Part shown: piece after piece, positions 1 to 8,427 of the stretch | Layout of the letters: each line of letters begins with the position of its first letter | Numbering within the stretch: position 1 is the first letter of the stretch | IMG/VR virus record: IMGVR_UViG_3300037790_000127 | Span: 1 to 41,588 of that record | Length of the DNA: 41,588 bases | Direction: 5' to 3' (one strand) | From: a virus | Taxonomy: Duplodnaviria > Caudoviricetes | The notes under the pieces: generated by a model | Told to the model about the DNA's origin: nothing | Database searches by the model: none | Seen by the model: the letters and a program-made list of their open reading frames with translations, nothing else | Position numbers and translations under genes: made by a program

Positions 1-1065
1 CTACCAATCCATCCCTTCAAGTCGCTTCATGGCATCCGATGCCATGCGCCATCTCTCGACACCCTTGGTGTAGATTTCAGAGGTTTGGGCCTGCGTATGG
101 CCATGAATTGACATGATCTGATATTGGCTGCAGCCTTCCTGGGCGAGTAGGTGTCCAGCTGCTTTTCTAATTCCGTGGCTCGACCTTCCCTTTAGACCAG
201 CCTCGCCACACCACCTCCGAAACATTTGGCCAAGGCTGTCCGGTGACGAAAAGGGCTTCCCTTTGTTGTTCAGCAGATAGGTGTCGCCAATAACGGCGCC
301 GGCTCTGGTTGCCCGATAAAGCGGCGGGAGCATGGGGATTTCCACTTTGGCAGATCCCCTTTTCGCAGGTTGCCACGCAAGCCCCCTTATTCCGTCTCGC
401 TGAAATTCGTGACACCGCCCCAACCGAATGGCGTCTCCGATTCTGCATGCAGTGAACATGAAGAGAGTAAGGGCCAGATGGGGTGTGGTTCCGGCTTTGT
501 GATGATCTCTGAACTTTCTCAGATCATCAGCGGTCCAGGGCGTTGCTCCACCCTTTCCCTTGTCGATCTTGGCAACCCCAATTGCAGGGTTAATATCACA
601 TAGACCCGCTTCACATCCCCAACGGTAGAGGCTGCGAATGGCTTCCACCATACTGTCCGCTGCAGCCGGGGTATCCATCATGCTGTCGCGCAGTTCGACA
701 ACCTTTGTCGCCGGCATGTCGAGAGAGTATTCACCGTACTCAGCACGAAACTTTGCCATCAACCCTGTTCGCTTTTTGAGCGTCAAAGGGGATGCTTGTT
801 CGGCTTTGACCTTTTTTTCCAGATCGGCAAGATGCTTGATGACCAGCCAGTCGATCGAGCCACGAATAGCGCGGTCTTCCGCTGGAGATTCCGGCGTAAG
901 CTGAATGCCACGCCGCGCCGCCCGGTAATGTTCCATGAACTCAGGGTGATTTAGATCGACATTGAGCCGTATGCGCTGGCGCTTGTTGCCCTCAACCCGA
1001 ACCCGGTAGCGAAATCCACCAGAGGGTAGGCGCTCCCTGAGTAGCCCAGGCAATTCCAATTTCAT
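1..1065 (-). CDS. Tyrosine recombinase / phage integrase
   Basis: Catalytic motifs R (ACRIGDA), HxxR (SHGIRK), H (IHGH) and Y (EIYTK); start moved to ATG 1065 (MKLELP) behind a GGAAGG RBS. Confidence 0.95.
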   Translation of the reverse strand: MKLELPGLLRERLPSGGFRYRVRVEGNKRQRIRLNVDLNHPEFMEHYRAARRGIQLTPESPAEDRAIRGSIDWLVIKHLADLEKKVKAEQASPLTLKKRTGLMAKFRAEYGEYSLDMPATKVVELRDSMMDTPAAADSMVEAIRSLYRWGCEAGLCDINPAIGVAKIDKGKGGATPWTADDLRKFRDHHKAGTTPHLALTLFMFTACRIGDAIRLGRCHEFQRDGIRGLAWQPAKRGSAKVEIPMLPPLYRATRAGAVIGDTYLLNNKGKPFSSPDSLGQMFRRWCGEAGLKGRSSHGIRKAAGHLLAQEGCSQYQIMSIHGHTQAQTSEIYTKGVERWRMASDAMKRLEGMDW

Positions 1066-1079
1066 CGCGCCTTCCACCA

Positions 1080-1268
1080 CTAATCCCACTTCTTCGGTTG
1101 TGGCCCCGCTTTCTGCGTTCTGTCAACATCTCGGTTCGCCAGGTGGGGAACCACCCGAATACGGCCGTCGACCTCAATCACCACTTCCATGTTCACACCG
1201 GTCTGATCGACAGCGCGCAGGACTCTGGCAACGTCCGCTTGTGTGATTCTGGAGGCGGTTCGGGGCAT
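1080..1268 (-). CDS. Putative excisionase / recombination directionality factor-like small protein
   Basis: 62 aa directly upstream of int; MPRTASRITQADVARVLRAV N-terminus resembles small proteins preceding alphaproteobacterial phage integrases. Confidence 0.55.
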   Translation of the reverse strand: MPRTASRITQADVARVLRAVDQTGVNMEVVIEVDGRIRVVPHLANRDVDRTQKAGPQPKKWD

Positions 1269-1335
1269 TGGCCTATCGTTCTCTATGTAAAGGAGGGAGT
1301 GTGGCGGCGTCCTATTTGGTTGCTAGGACTGTCGT

Positions 1336-1776
1336 TCAGATGATGTCTTTGCCCTGGTCGACCGCGGCCTGCATGCGCTGCAGCTCGTCGTCTGAGTGCT
1401 GGCGGGGTGCTCGCTCGGACTTGAGGGCGCTTTCTGAAATTTCCTCGATCTTCAAAATCGCGTTTTCATAGCCGGCAGGGCGTGCCTCACTGGCCCATGC
1501 AAACACCTGACGCAAGGCCATGCGGAACGCATTTTCTTTACCCTTCGCCTCTGCGAGTTGCTGGCGCAGTTCTATGATCTCATCGATTTTTTCATGATAT
1601 TTATCGGCCAGCTTCGAATATTTCTCGGCGGTGTCCTCTACCCGCTTGGCAAGGGTGTCGCGCTCGGCGGCGAGATCGCGCAAAAGGTCAGCGCCATATT
1701 GCCATCCGCCGCGGCAATTTTCTGCGAATTTGGCGGATCGCTCCACCGACTCTGTGCTTGTGTCGGTCTTGGGCAT
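1336..1776 (-). CDS. Hypothetical coiled-coil phage protein
   Basis: 146-aa ORF co-oriented in the leftward operon; GGAG RBS; heptad-rich centre. Confidence 0.75.
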   Translation of the reverse strand: MPKTDTSTESVERSAKFAENCRGGWQYGADLLRDLAAERDTLAKRVEDTAEKYSKLADKYHEKIDEIIELRQQLAEAKGKENAFRMALRQVFAWASEARPAGYENAILKIEEISESALKSERAPRQHSDDELQRMQAAVDQGKDII

Positions 1777-1792
1777 TGGATGTCTCCGGAGT

Positions 1793-2152
1793 TCAGTTGA
1801 GTTCTGCGATCAGCTCATCGAGCTTGGCGATCGCGATCGATAAAGCGTGTTCGGTGGATTGGGTCGGCAAGCCGGCACGCTTGCGGCGATCGATCTCCGC
1901 CAGGAACAGAGCTCCGGCGCGTTCGAGGTTGCGGCGGCGGTCTTGCGGTTTCCACCAGCTCCGCTCCCATGGCCAGCCAATTGGCGCTCCGTCCGGCCGG
2001 AGTATCGTTTCCAGTGCGGTGCCGTGATTGAGGTAGATGAACGCCGCTGCGGATAGTTCGCCATTGGTGTGTAGATCATCATGACCCTCACCCCATCCTT
2101 CGGCTTCGATCTGGCGCCGCCGCTCGGCCGTAATGAGATCAAGGGCCATCAT
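1793..2152 (-). CDS. Conserved-type hypothetical phage protein
   Basis: Motifs ERRRQIEAEGW..HDD.H..GEL and WPW...WWKP..RRNL.RAGAL; 4-bp overlap with the upstream gene. Confidence 0.8.
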   Translation of the reverse strand: MMALDLITAERRRQIEAEGWGEGHDDLHTNGELSAAAFIYLNHGTALETILRPDGAPIGWPWERSWWKPQDRRRNLERAGALFLAEIDRRKRAGLPTQSTEHALSIAIAKLDELIAELN

Positions 2153-4020
2153 GCCGATGTCTCCGAGCTAAGTTCGGGTGGCAACCAGCTCGCGATCTTG
2201 TCGAGTGACGCCTGGCTGAGGTTCAAAGCACTTTGGAAATCGCTGTCATTGAACAGCCGGTGCAGGTGATTGACCTTTTCACCCTTTTTCAGCTTGTCGA
2301 ACGCGAGCGGATCTTCCTCAGCCGATTGATCAGAGACCAAGTCTTTCCAGATTTGCTCAAGGGATCCTTTGTCGATCCGGCTGAAATAGGTAGGCGCATC
2401 GGGTGTCCAGATTGACCGGATATCTGGTTTGACCATCGGCGCCAGCAAGGACATGCCAATTGAGTTCATGGTTGGGCCATTGATGGCCCGGATCAGGTGA
2501 CGCGTCAGGACAGTGTTGCGGTGCTTCTTACCCTTGGCCTGAAAGTCCTTGAAGGAGCTGGCATAGTCGCCCCGTGTTCCACCGAGCTGCCTCTGGTTGC
2601 TGCCGTCGGTGAGGGCTTCATCGACGGTCCATGCTCCCTCGACCTCTGGTTCGATCTGCGGGTCGGTCAATGTAACGTTGAACAAACCGCTGTGGCAGGC
2701 ATATCCAAGTTCGAGTTGCCACGCGAAGAGATCCAGCACCAACTCTGTTTTCCCAAGGGTGGCCGTCTGCAGGGCTAATAGCCGGATCCTCCGGAGATCT
2801 TCGACGCCAGCCTGTGTGAGCTTCGGGCTTGGTGCGGACGCCCCGCCATCTGCACTGTCGGCGCCGCCTTTTGCATTACTGCGCTTTGCGTCCCTGTACG
2901 CCCCATCGATCTTCAATCTTCCCGATGTATCGACATGAACAAAGATGCCGCAATCCGCCCGGGTCTTTTCGTCCCAGCTGCGTTTGGTCTTTGCCTCCAG
3001 CTCTTCCAGACGCGCGAGTTCTACATCAGTCAGGCCTTCGTCGTACTCTTTGGCTTCAAGTCGGGCTTGCTCGTCCTGATCTTTCTTGGACAGGGCGACC
3101 TTCTCGCCCTGTATATGCTCATAACCCGAATGGGCTGAGTAGGGCACATAGGACTCGGTGCAGGTCTCAACCCACTTCCAGCCAAACTGGGCCTTGATGC
3201 CGTCGGCGATGTCGGTGAGTTTTTGTTCGAAGAGCTGGTCGAGGATGTCCGGATCATCGAGGTAAGCGGCATCATCAAAGAGATCTTCACGCATCCGGCC
3301 GCCAGCAGCCACATAGGCATCGGTGCCGACATAGACGGCTTTGTAGTTGTTGGCTCGCACCTTACTGTCAGTCAGCCGCTGCTTGACCCACCAAGCTCCC
3401 TGATCGTCCAGAGCTCCGCTCAGCACCTCCAGCTCCTGATCAGGATCACGGGCGATGGTGAGTAATTTGGCAATGTCGAGAGAGATCTTTCCTTCCCGCA
3501 GCGCGTCCATTGTTTGTGGCTGAAGATGTGCCAGCGCCAGTCGTCCCTTCACGTGGCGGACTGTCTGGGCAAAGGCTCTGGCGATCATCTCGGCAGAGTT
3601 GCCTTGCTCGGCCATCGCGGCATAGGCGCGGATCTCGTCAGCGGGATGAAGTGGTTTCTGCGTGGCGGATTCTGTGCCCGCCCAGGCTCGCGCAAGGAAG
3701 GCATCATCGGTCACCCTGACAGGGATGGCGGTAAAGTCAGGGGCCTTGCTGTCAAACGATTGTGCGCCGGTTGCTTTTAGGTGCATCAAGCCGCGCAAGC
3801 GTCGGCCGCCGGCGACAATACCAATCTTCCCCGATCGTCTAGGATCCGCGTAGCCCAACAGGTTCTGCAGCAGGCCGTTGATGGTAATGGACTCTGCAAT
3901 GGCGCCCACATCTTCATCAGAAGTGCTCTGACGCGGGTTCATGTCGTGCAGATAGAGCTTGTTAATAGGAACGTATTGCAGAGGGGCTTCGGCGTCGTTT
4001 AATGGACTGTGCTTGGTCAT
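2149..4020 (-). CDS. Large ParB/RepB/Spo0J-family protein (plasmid-partition-like)
   Basis: N-terminal ParB motifs (NPRQ, GLLQNL, IVAGGRRLRGL, LHPADE), then an HTH-like segment; likely start MTKHSPL at 4020. Confidence 0.85.
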   Translation of the reverse strand: MTKHSPLNDAEAPLQYVPINKLYLHDMNPRQSTSDEDVGAIAESITINGLLQNLLGYADPRRSGKIGIVAGGRRLRGLMHLKATGAQSFDSKAPDFTAIPVRVTDDAFLARAWAGTESATQKPLHPADEIRAYAAMAEQGNSAEMIARAFAQTVRHVKGRLALAHLQPQTMDALREGKISLDIAKLLTIARDPDQELEVLSGALDDQGAWWVKQRLTDSKVRANNYKAVYVGTDAYVAAGGRMREDLFDDAAYLDDPDILDQLFEQKLTDIADGIKAQFGWKWVETCTESYVPYSAHSGYEHIQGEKVALSKKDQDEQARLEAKEYDEGLTDVELARLEELEAKTKRSWDEKTRADCGIFVHVDTSGRLKIDGAYRDAKRSNAKGGADSADGGASAPSPKLTQAGVEDLRRIRLLALQTATLGKTELVLDLFAWQLELGYACHSGLFNVTLTDPQIEPEVEGAWTVDEALTDGSNQRQLGGTRGDYASSFKDFQAKGKKHRNTVLTRHLIRAINGPTMNSIGMSLLAPMVKPDIRSIWTPDAPTYFSRIDKGSLEQIWKDLVSDQSAEEDPLAFDKLKKGEKVNHLHRLFNDSDFQSALNLSQASLDKIASWLPPELSSETSA

Positions 4021-4373
4021 GAACGGACTCCATGGTTGTCGAGCTTGGCCGCGAAATCCATCACATCCGCGAACCATTGAAAGGACTTGGCACGAAGGTC
4101 ATCGAGCGATCGTGCCTCAAGGGTGGTTTCCAACTCCCAGTCACCGGCAAATAGAAAGGCTTCGCTTTTGCCGCCTTTCTCGAAGTGGAAAAGAAGATCG
4201 ATGCCGTCGATGCGCCATAGCTCTTCGGGGCAGCCACATTCGTCGCTGGGCACTCTTGCCAAGATCGAAATGGGAGCTTTGCCCTCGGGCTTCAGAGAGG
4301 AGCCAATGCGCAAATCGCTTAGTGTCTCGGCACCGACATCACTGACGTATTGTGGTCCTGCGAAATCGACCAA
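4017..4373 (-). CDS. Hypothetical acidic protein
   Basis: TTG start behind an AAGGAGG RBS; 4-bp overlap with the ParB-like gene. Confidence 0.7.
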   Translation of the reverse strand: MVDFAGPQYVSDVGAETLSDLRIGSSLKPEGKAPISILARVPSDECGCPEELWRIDGIDLLFHFEKGGKSEAFLFAGDWELETTLEARSLDDLRAKSFQWFADVMDFAAKLDNHGVRS

Positions 4374-4397
4374 TGCAGCCTCCTTAAGTGTGGTGGG

Positions 4398-4553
4398 TTA
4401 TCGAGATTTAATCGTGCGCCAGACACGCGCTATGAACTCGATGCCAGCGAAGAAGCCCAACACGCCGGCGATTAAGGTGCCGATGATCGCGAGAAGGACC
4501 GCGAAAAATGGAACTTCGTTGGCTTGTGCCCAAGCGAAAAATGCTTCTGCCAT
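4398..4553 (-). CDS. 51-aa single-pass membrane protein (absent from ORF track)
   Basis: Manual translation MAEAFFAWAQANEVPFFAVLLAIIGTLIAGVLGFFAGIEFIARVWRTIKSR; GGAGG RBS; fills an operon gap. Confidence 0.7.
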   Translation of the reverse strand: MAEAFFAWAQANEVPFFAVLLAIIGTLIAGVLGFFAGIEFIARVWRTIKSR

Positions 4554-4567
4554 GTGGCCTCCGGTGG

Positions 4568-4840
4568 TTAGCTGGTCCCCCGACCGAGCGCGGTACGCCA
4601 GTCGGCTTTCATGTCACGGATGATTGTCGGCACTAGTCGGATCACCTGCATCACCGACGCGCGCCGGAATGTGAAATGCTCGGCTGTTGCCGACCAGTGG
4701 GGGGAGCCGACGCGCGGGTGTTGGCCGGGCGCATAGGGCTTCGGCAGGGTGGTCGAGTAGGTGAACACTGTTTGCCCGATCTGGTGGCCGTCCTTCCACG
4801 GGTGACCGCCGTAGTGACAGGTGCCTTCGAGTATCCACAT
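4568..4840 (-). CDS. Hypothetical phage protein
   Basis: 90-aa ORF, AAGGA RBS, co-oriented in operon. Confidence 0.6.
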   Translation of the reverse strand: MWILEGTCHYGGHPWKDGHQIGQTVFTYSTTLPKPYAPGQHPRVGSPHWSATAEHFTFRRASVMQVIRLVPTIIRDMKADWRTALGRGTS

Positions 4841-4871
4841 GGTCGGTTTTCCTTTCGTGCGGTCTCAGGAT

Positions 4872-5027
4872 TTACTTGATCACTACTGAGGTCGGTGTCT
4901 CGTAGGGGGGCTCGGTAAAGCACAGGTCGGTTTCTTCGACGGGGTTCCCGCTGTCCAATTCGACAACTAAGTCACCGTTTTCATCGTGAAGCTTCTCAAG
5001 TGCGTCGATCAGATCTGACAGGAGCAT
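4872..5027 (-). CDS. 51-aa acidic hypothetical protein (absent from ORF track)
   Basis: Manual translation MLLSDLIDALEKLHDENGDLVVELDSGNPVEETDLCFTEPPYETPTSVVIK; fills an operon gap; RBS weak. Confidence 0.55.
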   Translation of the reverse strand: MLLSDLIDALEKLHDENGDLVVELDSGNPVEETDLCFTEPPYETPTSVVIK

Positions 5028-5042
5028 GTCGGAACCCGAGGT

Positions 5043-5291
5043 TTAGCGTGACGCCGCGCCGATAAGTCGCCGCAGATCCTGTTTCATCTTTTCGCGCCCT
5101 TCACTTTTGCCTTGCTCAATGGCCCGGTCCCAGAGTGCGGCGAGCGCATCCCGCTGGTCCTGGTGCGCTGCAAGGCAGACCGGGACCGCAAACAGCATGA
5201 CGTCCGAGTCCCAAACTTCGACGAGATGTCCGGCAGCGACGGCGGTGTAGTATTTCCCAGCTGGGTGTTCCTTCGGCTGTACAGGGGGCAT
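5043..5291 (-). CDS. Hypothetical phage protein
   Basis: Start MPPVQPKE behind a GGAG RBS; 82 aa. Confidence 0.65.
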   Translation of the reverse strand: MPPVQPKEHPAGKYYTAVAAGHLVEVWDSDVMLFAVPVCLAAHQDQRDALAALWDRAIEQGKSEGREKMKQDLRRLIGAASR

Positions 5292-5307
5292 AGGTTTCTC
5301 CGGGGTA

Positions 5308-5514
5308 TTAAGCTTGTGAGTTGCAGATTGGGCAGGGAAGCCCGCGTTTGTTTTCGGAAACGGTCCACTTGTCTGCGATCCAATCGGTGTCATGGCCGCA
5401 GTGCGGGCAGACGAACCTAATTCCCTTCGCCCCGCCGGGGAGGTGCCCCGCATCAGCTACATGCATGCGCTTCACTGGCGCCGATCGTGGAAGATCTTCT
5501 TTGGCAAAGAGCAT
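5308..5514 (-). CDS. Small zinc-ribbon protein
   Basis: CPHC...CPIC motifs; start MLFAKEDL behind GGAGG. Confidence 0.7.
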   Translation of the reverse strand: MLFAKEDLPRSAPVKRMHVADAGHLPGGAKGIRFVCPHCGHDTDWIADKWTVSENKRGLPCPICNSQA

Positions 5515-5536
5515 GTGGCCTCCGAAGGTGCTGCGA

Positions 5537-5776
5537 TCAGGCGTTGGCTTCGAGACAACGGATGACTGCGCCGTGGAGTTGTACCTCCTCTTCTGTCTCG
5601 CCCGATGCGATATCGAGAAGCAGGTGTAGTGCATCAGCCAGCGCAGTGACGGCCTCGCCGTTTCCGATGTTTCCATCTGCTGCGACAGATCCTTCGCGCG
5701 CGGCTTCAATCATCTCGAGAGTTGCCGAGCTTGCGGCAGATGCGGCTGCTAGTAGGGAGGATGGCACATTGTTCAT
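5537..5776 (-). CDS. Hypothetical helical protein
   Basis: 79-aa ORF with AGGAAGG RBS, overlapping the upstream gene. Confidence 0.6.
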   Translation of the reverse strand: MNNVPSSLLAAASAASSATLEMIEAAREGSVAADGNIGNGEAVTALADALHLLLDIASGETEEEVQLHGAVIRCLEANA

Positions 5777-5970
5777 TTTACAGCCTTCCTGATCATAGCG
5801 TTCGTGGTTGCGAGATCCTCATACAGGGGCACTTCGCGGTATCGTGCGGCTTCTTCCTCAGTAACGGGGCGGGTAGCGCCAAAGCTGTCCACCGTGGCCC
5901 AGCCTGTACTGTTGATCGCTCGATAGGCGCAGATGATCTTTGGCTCTGGCATCGGAACTCCTGTGAACAA
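5773..5970 (-). CDS. Hypothetical phage protein (start may be MPEPK further in)
   Basis: Operon context; an AGGAG RBS precedes the internal ATG. Confidence 0.55.
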   Translation of the reverse strand: MFTGVPMPEPKIICAYRAINSTGWATVDSFGATRPVTEEEAARYREVPLYEDLATTNAMIRKAVK

Positions 5971-6122
5971 TGGGCCAGCGGTGCGTGGCGCGTTGGTGTA
6001 AAAGCCGGCAGGTGGCGAGTGGGGTTGCCATGAGTGGTGTTTGGGCCACCTGCCGGGAGTTGCGCGCTGCGGGACATGTAAACCGCCCCGACAGTGATGG
6101 GCGGGGTGCAGCGCGGGTTCGG

Positions 6123-6350
6123 TTAACTGTTGAGGACTTCTTCAGCCCAAGCACAGATCGCAGCGTCTTCACCGGCACCCAGTGCAGAATATCCTGCCAG
6201 CTGGACCTCAAACGGTGTGTGATCGGGGATATCGGATGGATATGCACCGCCCGCCTCAATCACGGCCGTGGCAAAGCTGTCTCGGCGCTCGTCACGCGGT
6301 AAGGCCAGCAGCGTTCTGGCGAATGTGGTGATCGGGCAGGGCGTGCTCAT
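6123..6350 (-). CDS. Hypothetical phage protein
   Basis: 75 aa; ATGA overlap with the upstream gene. Confidence 0.65.
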   Translation of the reverse strand: MSTPCPITTFARTLLALPRDERRDSFATAVIEAGGAYPSDIPDHTPFEVQLAGYSALGAGEDAAICAWAEEVLNS

Positions 6351-6586
6351 GCGGAACGATCCCCTGACAGTGGATAGCCGCGGTTGCGGGCATATTTGCG
6401 GACGCGCTCCATCAATGACGTTTCATCAATGATCTGATGCATGGAACCTGGCAGGTTTTCCGGGCGGTAGATGTGGCCGCGTTGCGCCTTCAGTTCGGCC
6501 CAAGCGAAGTGAAAGACTTCGGGGGATGCCTCGAAACCCGCCGGGTTACTGAGGATCCGTACTGCGTTCTGTGTGAGATCATTCAT
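6347..6586 (-). CDS. First gene of leftward early operon, hypothetical
   Basis: 79 aa; AGGGAG RBS; directly downstream of the OL-like operators. Confidence 0.7.
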   Translation of the reverse strand: MNDLTQNAVRILSNPAGFEASPEVFHFAWAELKAQRGHIYRPENLPGSMHQIIDETSLMERVRKYARNRGYPLSGDRSA

Positions 6587-6618
6587 GACAGGTTCTCCCT
6601 AAGTTGGGGAGAACTTAG

Positions 6619-6679
6619 TTTGGCAATTGCCAAATGTCTATAGAATAATTTGGCAAACGCCAAATATCATGATGCCAAA
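6619..6679. promoter_or_regulatory. OL-like repressor operator cluster
   Basis: TTTGGCAATTGCCAAA (6619-6634, perfect palindrome), TTTGGCAAACGCCAAA (6649-6664) and a TGCCAAA half-site ending at 6679; same consensus as 8666-8726. Confidence 0.85.
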
Positions 6680-6786
6680 CGGCGTCATGGCTGGTTGCTA
6701 CCATGCGCCAGATCACCGAAATCTGTGCTGGAGCCTCTCTCGGAGCGGCATTAATCCTTATCGTAAAAGCTATGTGGGTGAGGAAA

Positions 6787-7455
6787 GTGACGAGAACTGA
6801 AATTTTCAATCACGCATCGGCCATTGTTTCTCGAATGTCTGATGCAGGCTTTAGGTTTTATGAGCCGGCCAATTTCTCCGAAGTCCCAGCGTTATGGGAG
6901 GCAATTGGCAAGCGGTATGAGCACCCCATGACATCGTTAGAGAGGAACGATTTCACTTTAGCCCAAGCTTTTTGGCTCTTTCTGATGAAAGGAGATCAAC
7001 CAGTTGCGGGGATTGGTGCGAAACTTGAGGATCTTCGCGATGAAGCATTTGGATCTTACATCCGTCGCGTATCCCGCCATCAATACCGGACAAGTGGTGA
7101 GGCGGTGAAGTGGGTAGCACCTCCCATTGATCGGGCCTTTAGTGGTCGGCTTATCTACTTTGGGGGCATCGAAGTTCATCCAGATTTCAGGGGGAAAAGT
7201 GGCCTAATATCTGACTTCAGTCAAATGGCTCGGCTTCTCGGAGCAACGGCTTGGGATTTTGACTGGATGTACACAATAATTAGCTACCGGCATCGGAAAA
7301 TAGCTGACCGATATGGTTTTGAGTTGAGGTTCCGGAATGCAATATCTTGGCATCAGCCACCACCCGAGGGGCGTTCAGACGACCAGATGGTGCTCGCGAC
7401 CAGCCGGGAGTACTTCAGTCATTTACTGAGAACTGTTGAGCCAGGTGAGCTTTGA
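6787..7455 (+). CDS. GNAT-fold acyltransferase-like protein of unknown substrate
   Basis: YFGGIEVHPDFRGKSG resembles GNAT motif A and ADRYGF resembles motif B; start uncertain (6703, 6772 or GTG 6787). Confidence 0.65.
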   Translation: MTRTEIFNHASAIVSRMSDAGFRFYEPANFSEVPALWEAIGKRYEHPMTSLERNDFTLAQAFWLFLMKGDQPVAGIGAKLEDLRDEAFGSYIRRVSRHQYRTSGEAVKWVAPPIDRAFSGRLIYFGGIEVHPDFRGKSGLISDFSQMARLLGATAWDFDWMYTIISYRHRKIADRYGFELRFRNAISWHQPPPEGRSDDQMVLATSREYFSHLLRTVEPGEL

Positions 7456-8127
7456 GAAGACACCAGTGAACTTCTGGCCCTCCTCGTTGGTTAGGGACAT
7501 TGAGACTTTTCTGTATCCTCCATTGACGCGCTGACCCTTTATCGTGACGTCGATTTCCTCATCTGTCACAACGTACGGAGCTGTCTCCAAGTCTTTGTGC
7601 GCACGCATCGCCCTGTCGATGATCGTTCGATCAAAGTTACTCACGATCTTCATGAAGTCCCGTTCGCCAGATAGCATAAGTCTCTCTGCTGTCAGGCTTC
7701 GTTTGCCGATCTTTACCGGCTTCATGATTGAATCGGTTGCTTGGAGAGGGTGATAGAGATCAACCTGGTCGGCAAACCAACCCCAGTTCCGCAGTAGACC
7801 ACCTTCTTGGTGAAACCAATCTAGTATGTGGTCAGTGGAGACTTCAAATCCAGCTCTTGTACATGTTGAGCGTTCGTAATTAGCCGCCTCAGCTGATTGC
7901 CAGCGATCTCTAGTGCTTACATCACCGCTTCGCGAAGAGCTTTCTGTGAAAAACGATAAGGGAATCCGGAGGGCTGTGGCGAGTTTGACGACGCTCGTGA
8001 AGGGTATCTCTCGGCCCAGTTTTATTTGGTTGTAAAGCGTGTTGTATGAGAGACCTGCGATGTCGCAAGCAGGCTTGAGTTTGACGCCTGAGAGTTTGCA
8101 GGCTTCTTCGATACGCAATCCAACCAT
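7423..8127 (-). CDS. XRE-family HTH regulator with PAS-like C-terminal domain
   Basis: N-terminal HTH (ACDIAGLSYNTLYNQIKLGREIPFTSVVKLATALRIPLSFF); C-terminus ends in a PAS-like hairpin YRKVSMSLTNEEGQKFTGVFSK. Confidence 0.75.
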   Translation of the reverse strand: MVGLRIEEACKLSGVKLKPACDIAGLSYNTLYNQIKLGREIPFTSVVKLATALRIPLSFFTESSSRSGDVSTRDRWQSAEAANYERSTCTRAGFEVSTDHILDWFHQEGGLLRNWGWFADQVDLYHPLQATDSIMKPVKIGKRSLTAERLMLSGERDFMKIVSNFDRTIIDRAMRAHKDLETAPYVVTDEEIDVTIKGQRVNGGYRKVSMSLTNEEGQKFTGVFSKLTWLNSSQ

Positions 8128-8136
8128 CAGACCCTC

Positions 8137-8198
8137 AAATTGACATATGACAATTTTCTAATCACGAGTTGACATATGCAAATTCGCTAGTCAACAAT
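8137..8198. promoter_or_regulatory. Second operator pair and rightward promoter for the small ORF
   Basis: Near-palindrome AAATTGACATATGACAATTT (8137-8156) and TTGACATATGCAAA (8169-8182); TTGACA-N18-AACAAT at 8169-8198. Confidence 0.75.
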
Positions 8199-8229
8199 CG
8201 TAGGTGGTGTTTTATTCAAATTTTGCAAG

Positions 8230-8427
8230 GTGCGGCAGGTGAACCAAACCGCAGATATACCAGCAGATACGAAGAGCGAGCAGGAACTGTTGGGTCTGGT
8301 TCGTCGGCTTAATCGCCTTCCCCCAGGGGAGGAGCGCGCATCGCTTTTGCGGCTGCTAGCAGAACACGAAGCTCTTCCTCTGATAGCCGACTCAGTTCGT
8401 GCTGCAATTCGGATCGTATCCGACTAG
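8230..8427 (+). CDS. 65-aa small ORF, candidate antirepressor, antisense-overlapping the repressor 3' end
   Basis: Downstream of a promoter-like element; amphipathic EQELLGLVRRLNRLPPGEERASLLRLL; GTG start at 8230 or 8239. Confidence 0.5.
   Translation: MRQVNQTADIPADTKSEQELLGLVRRLNRLPPGEERASLLRLLAEHEALPLIADSVRAAIRIVSD

Noticed and set aside
6787-7455. Calling the immunity-region GNAT a LuxI
   Set aside because: It lacks the LuxI signatures (R...F.....W, E.D..D, E.SR) that are clear in 40956-41588
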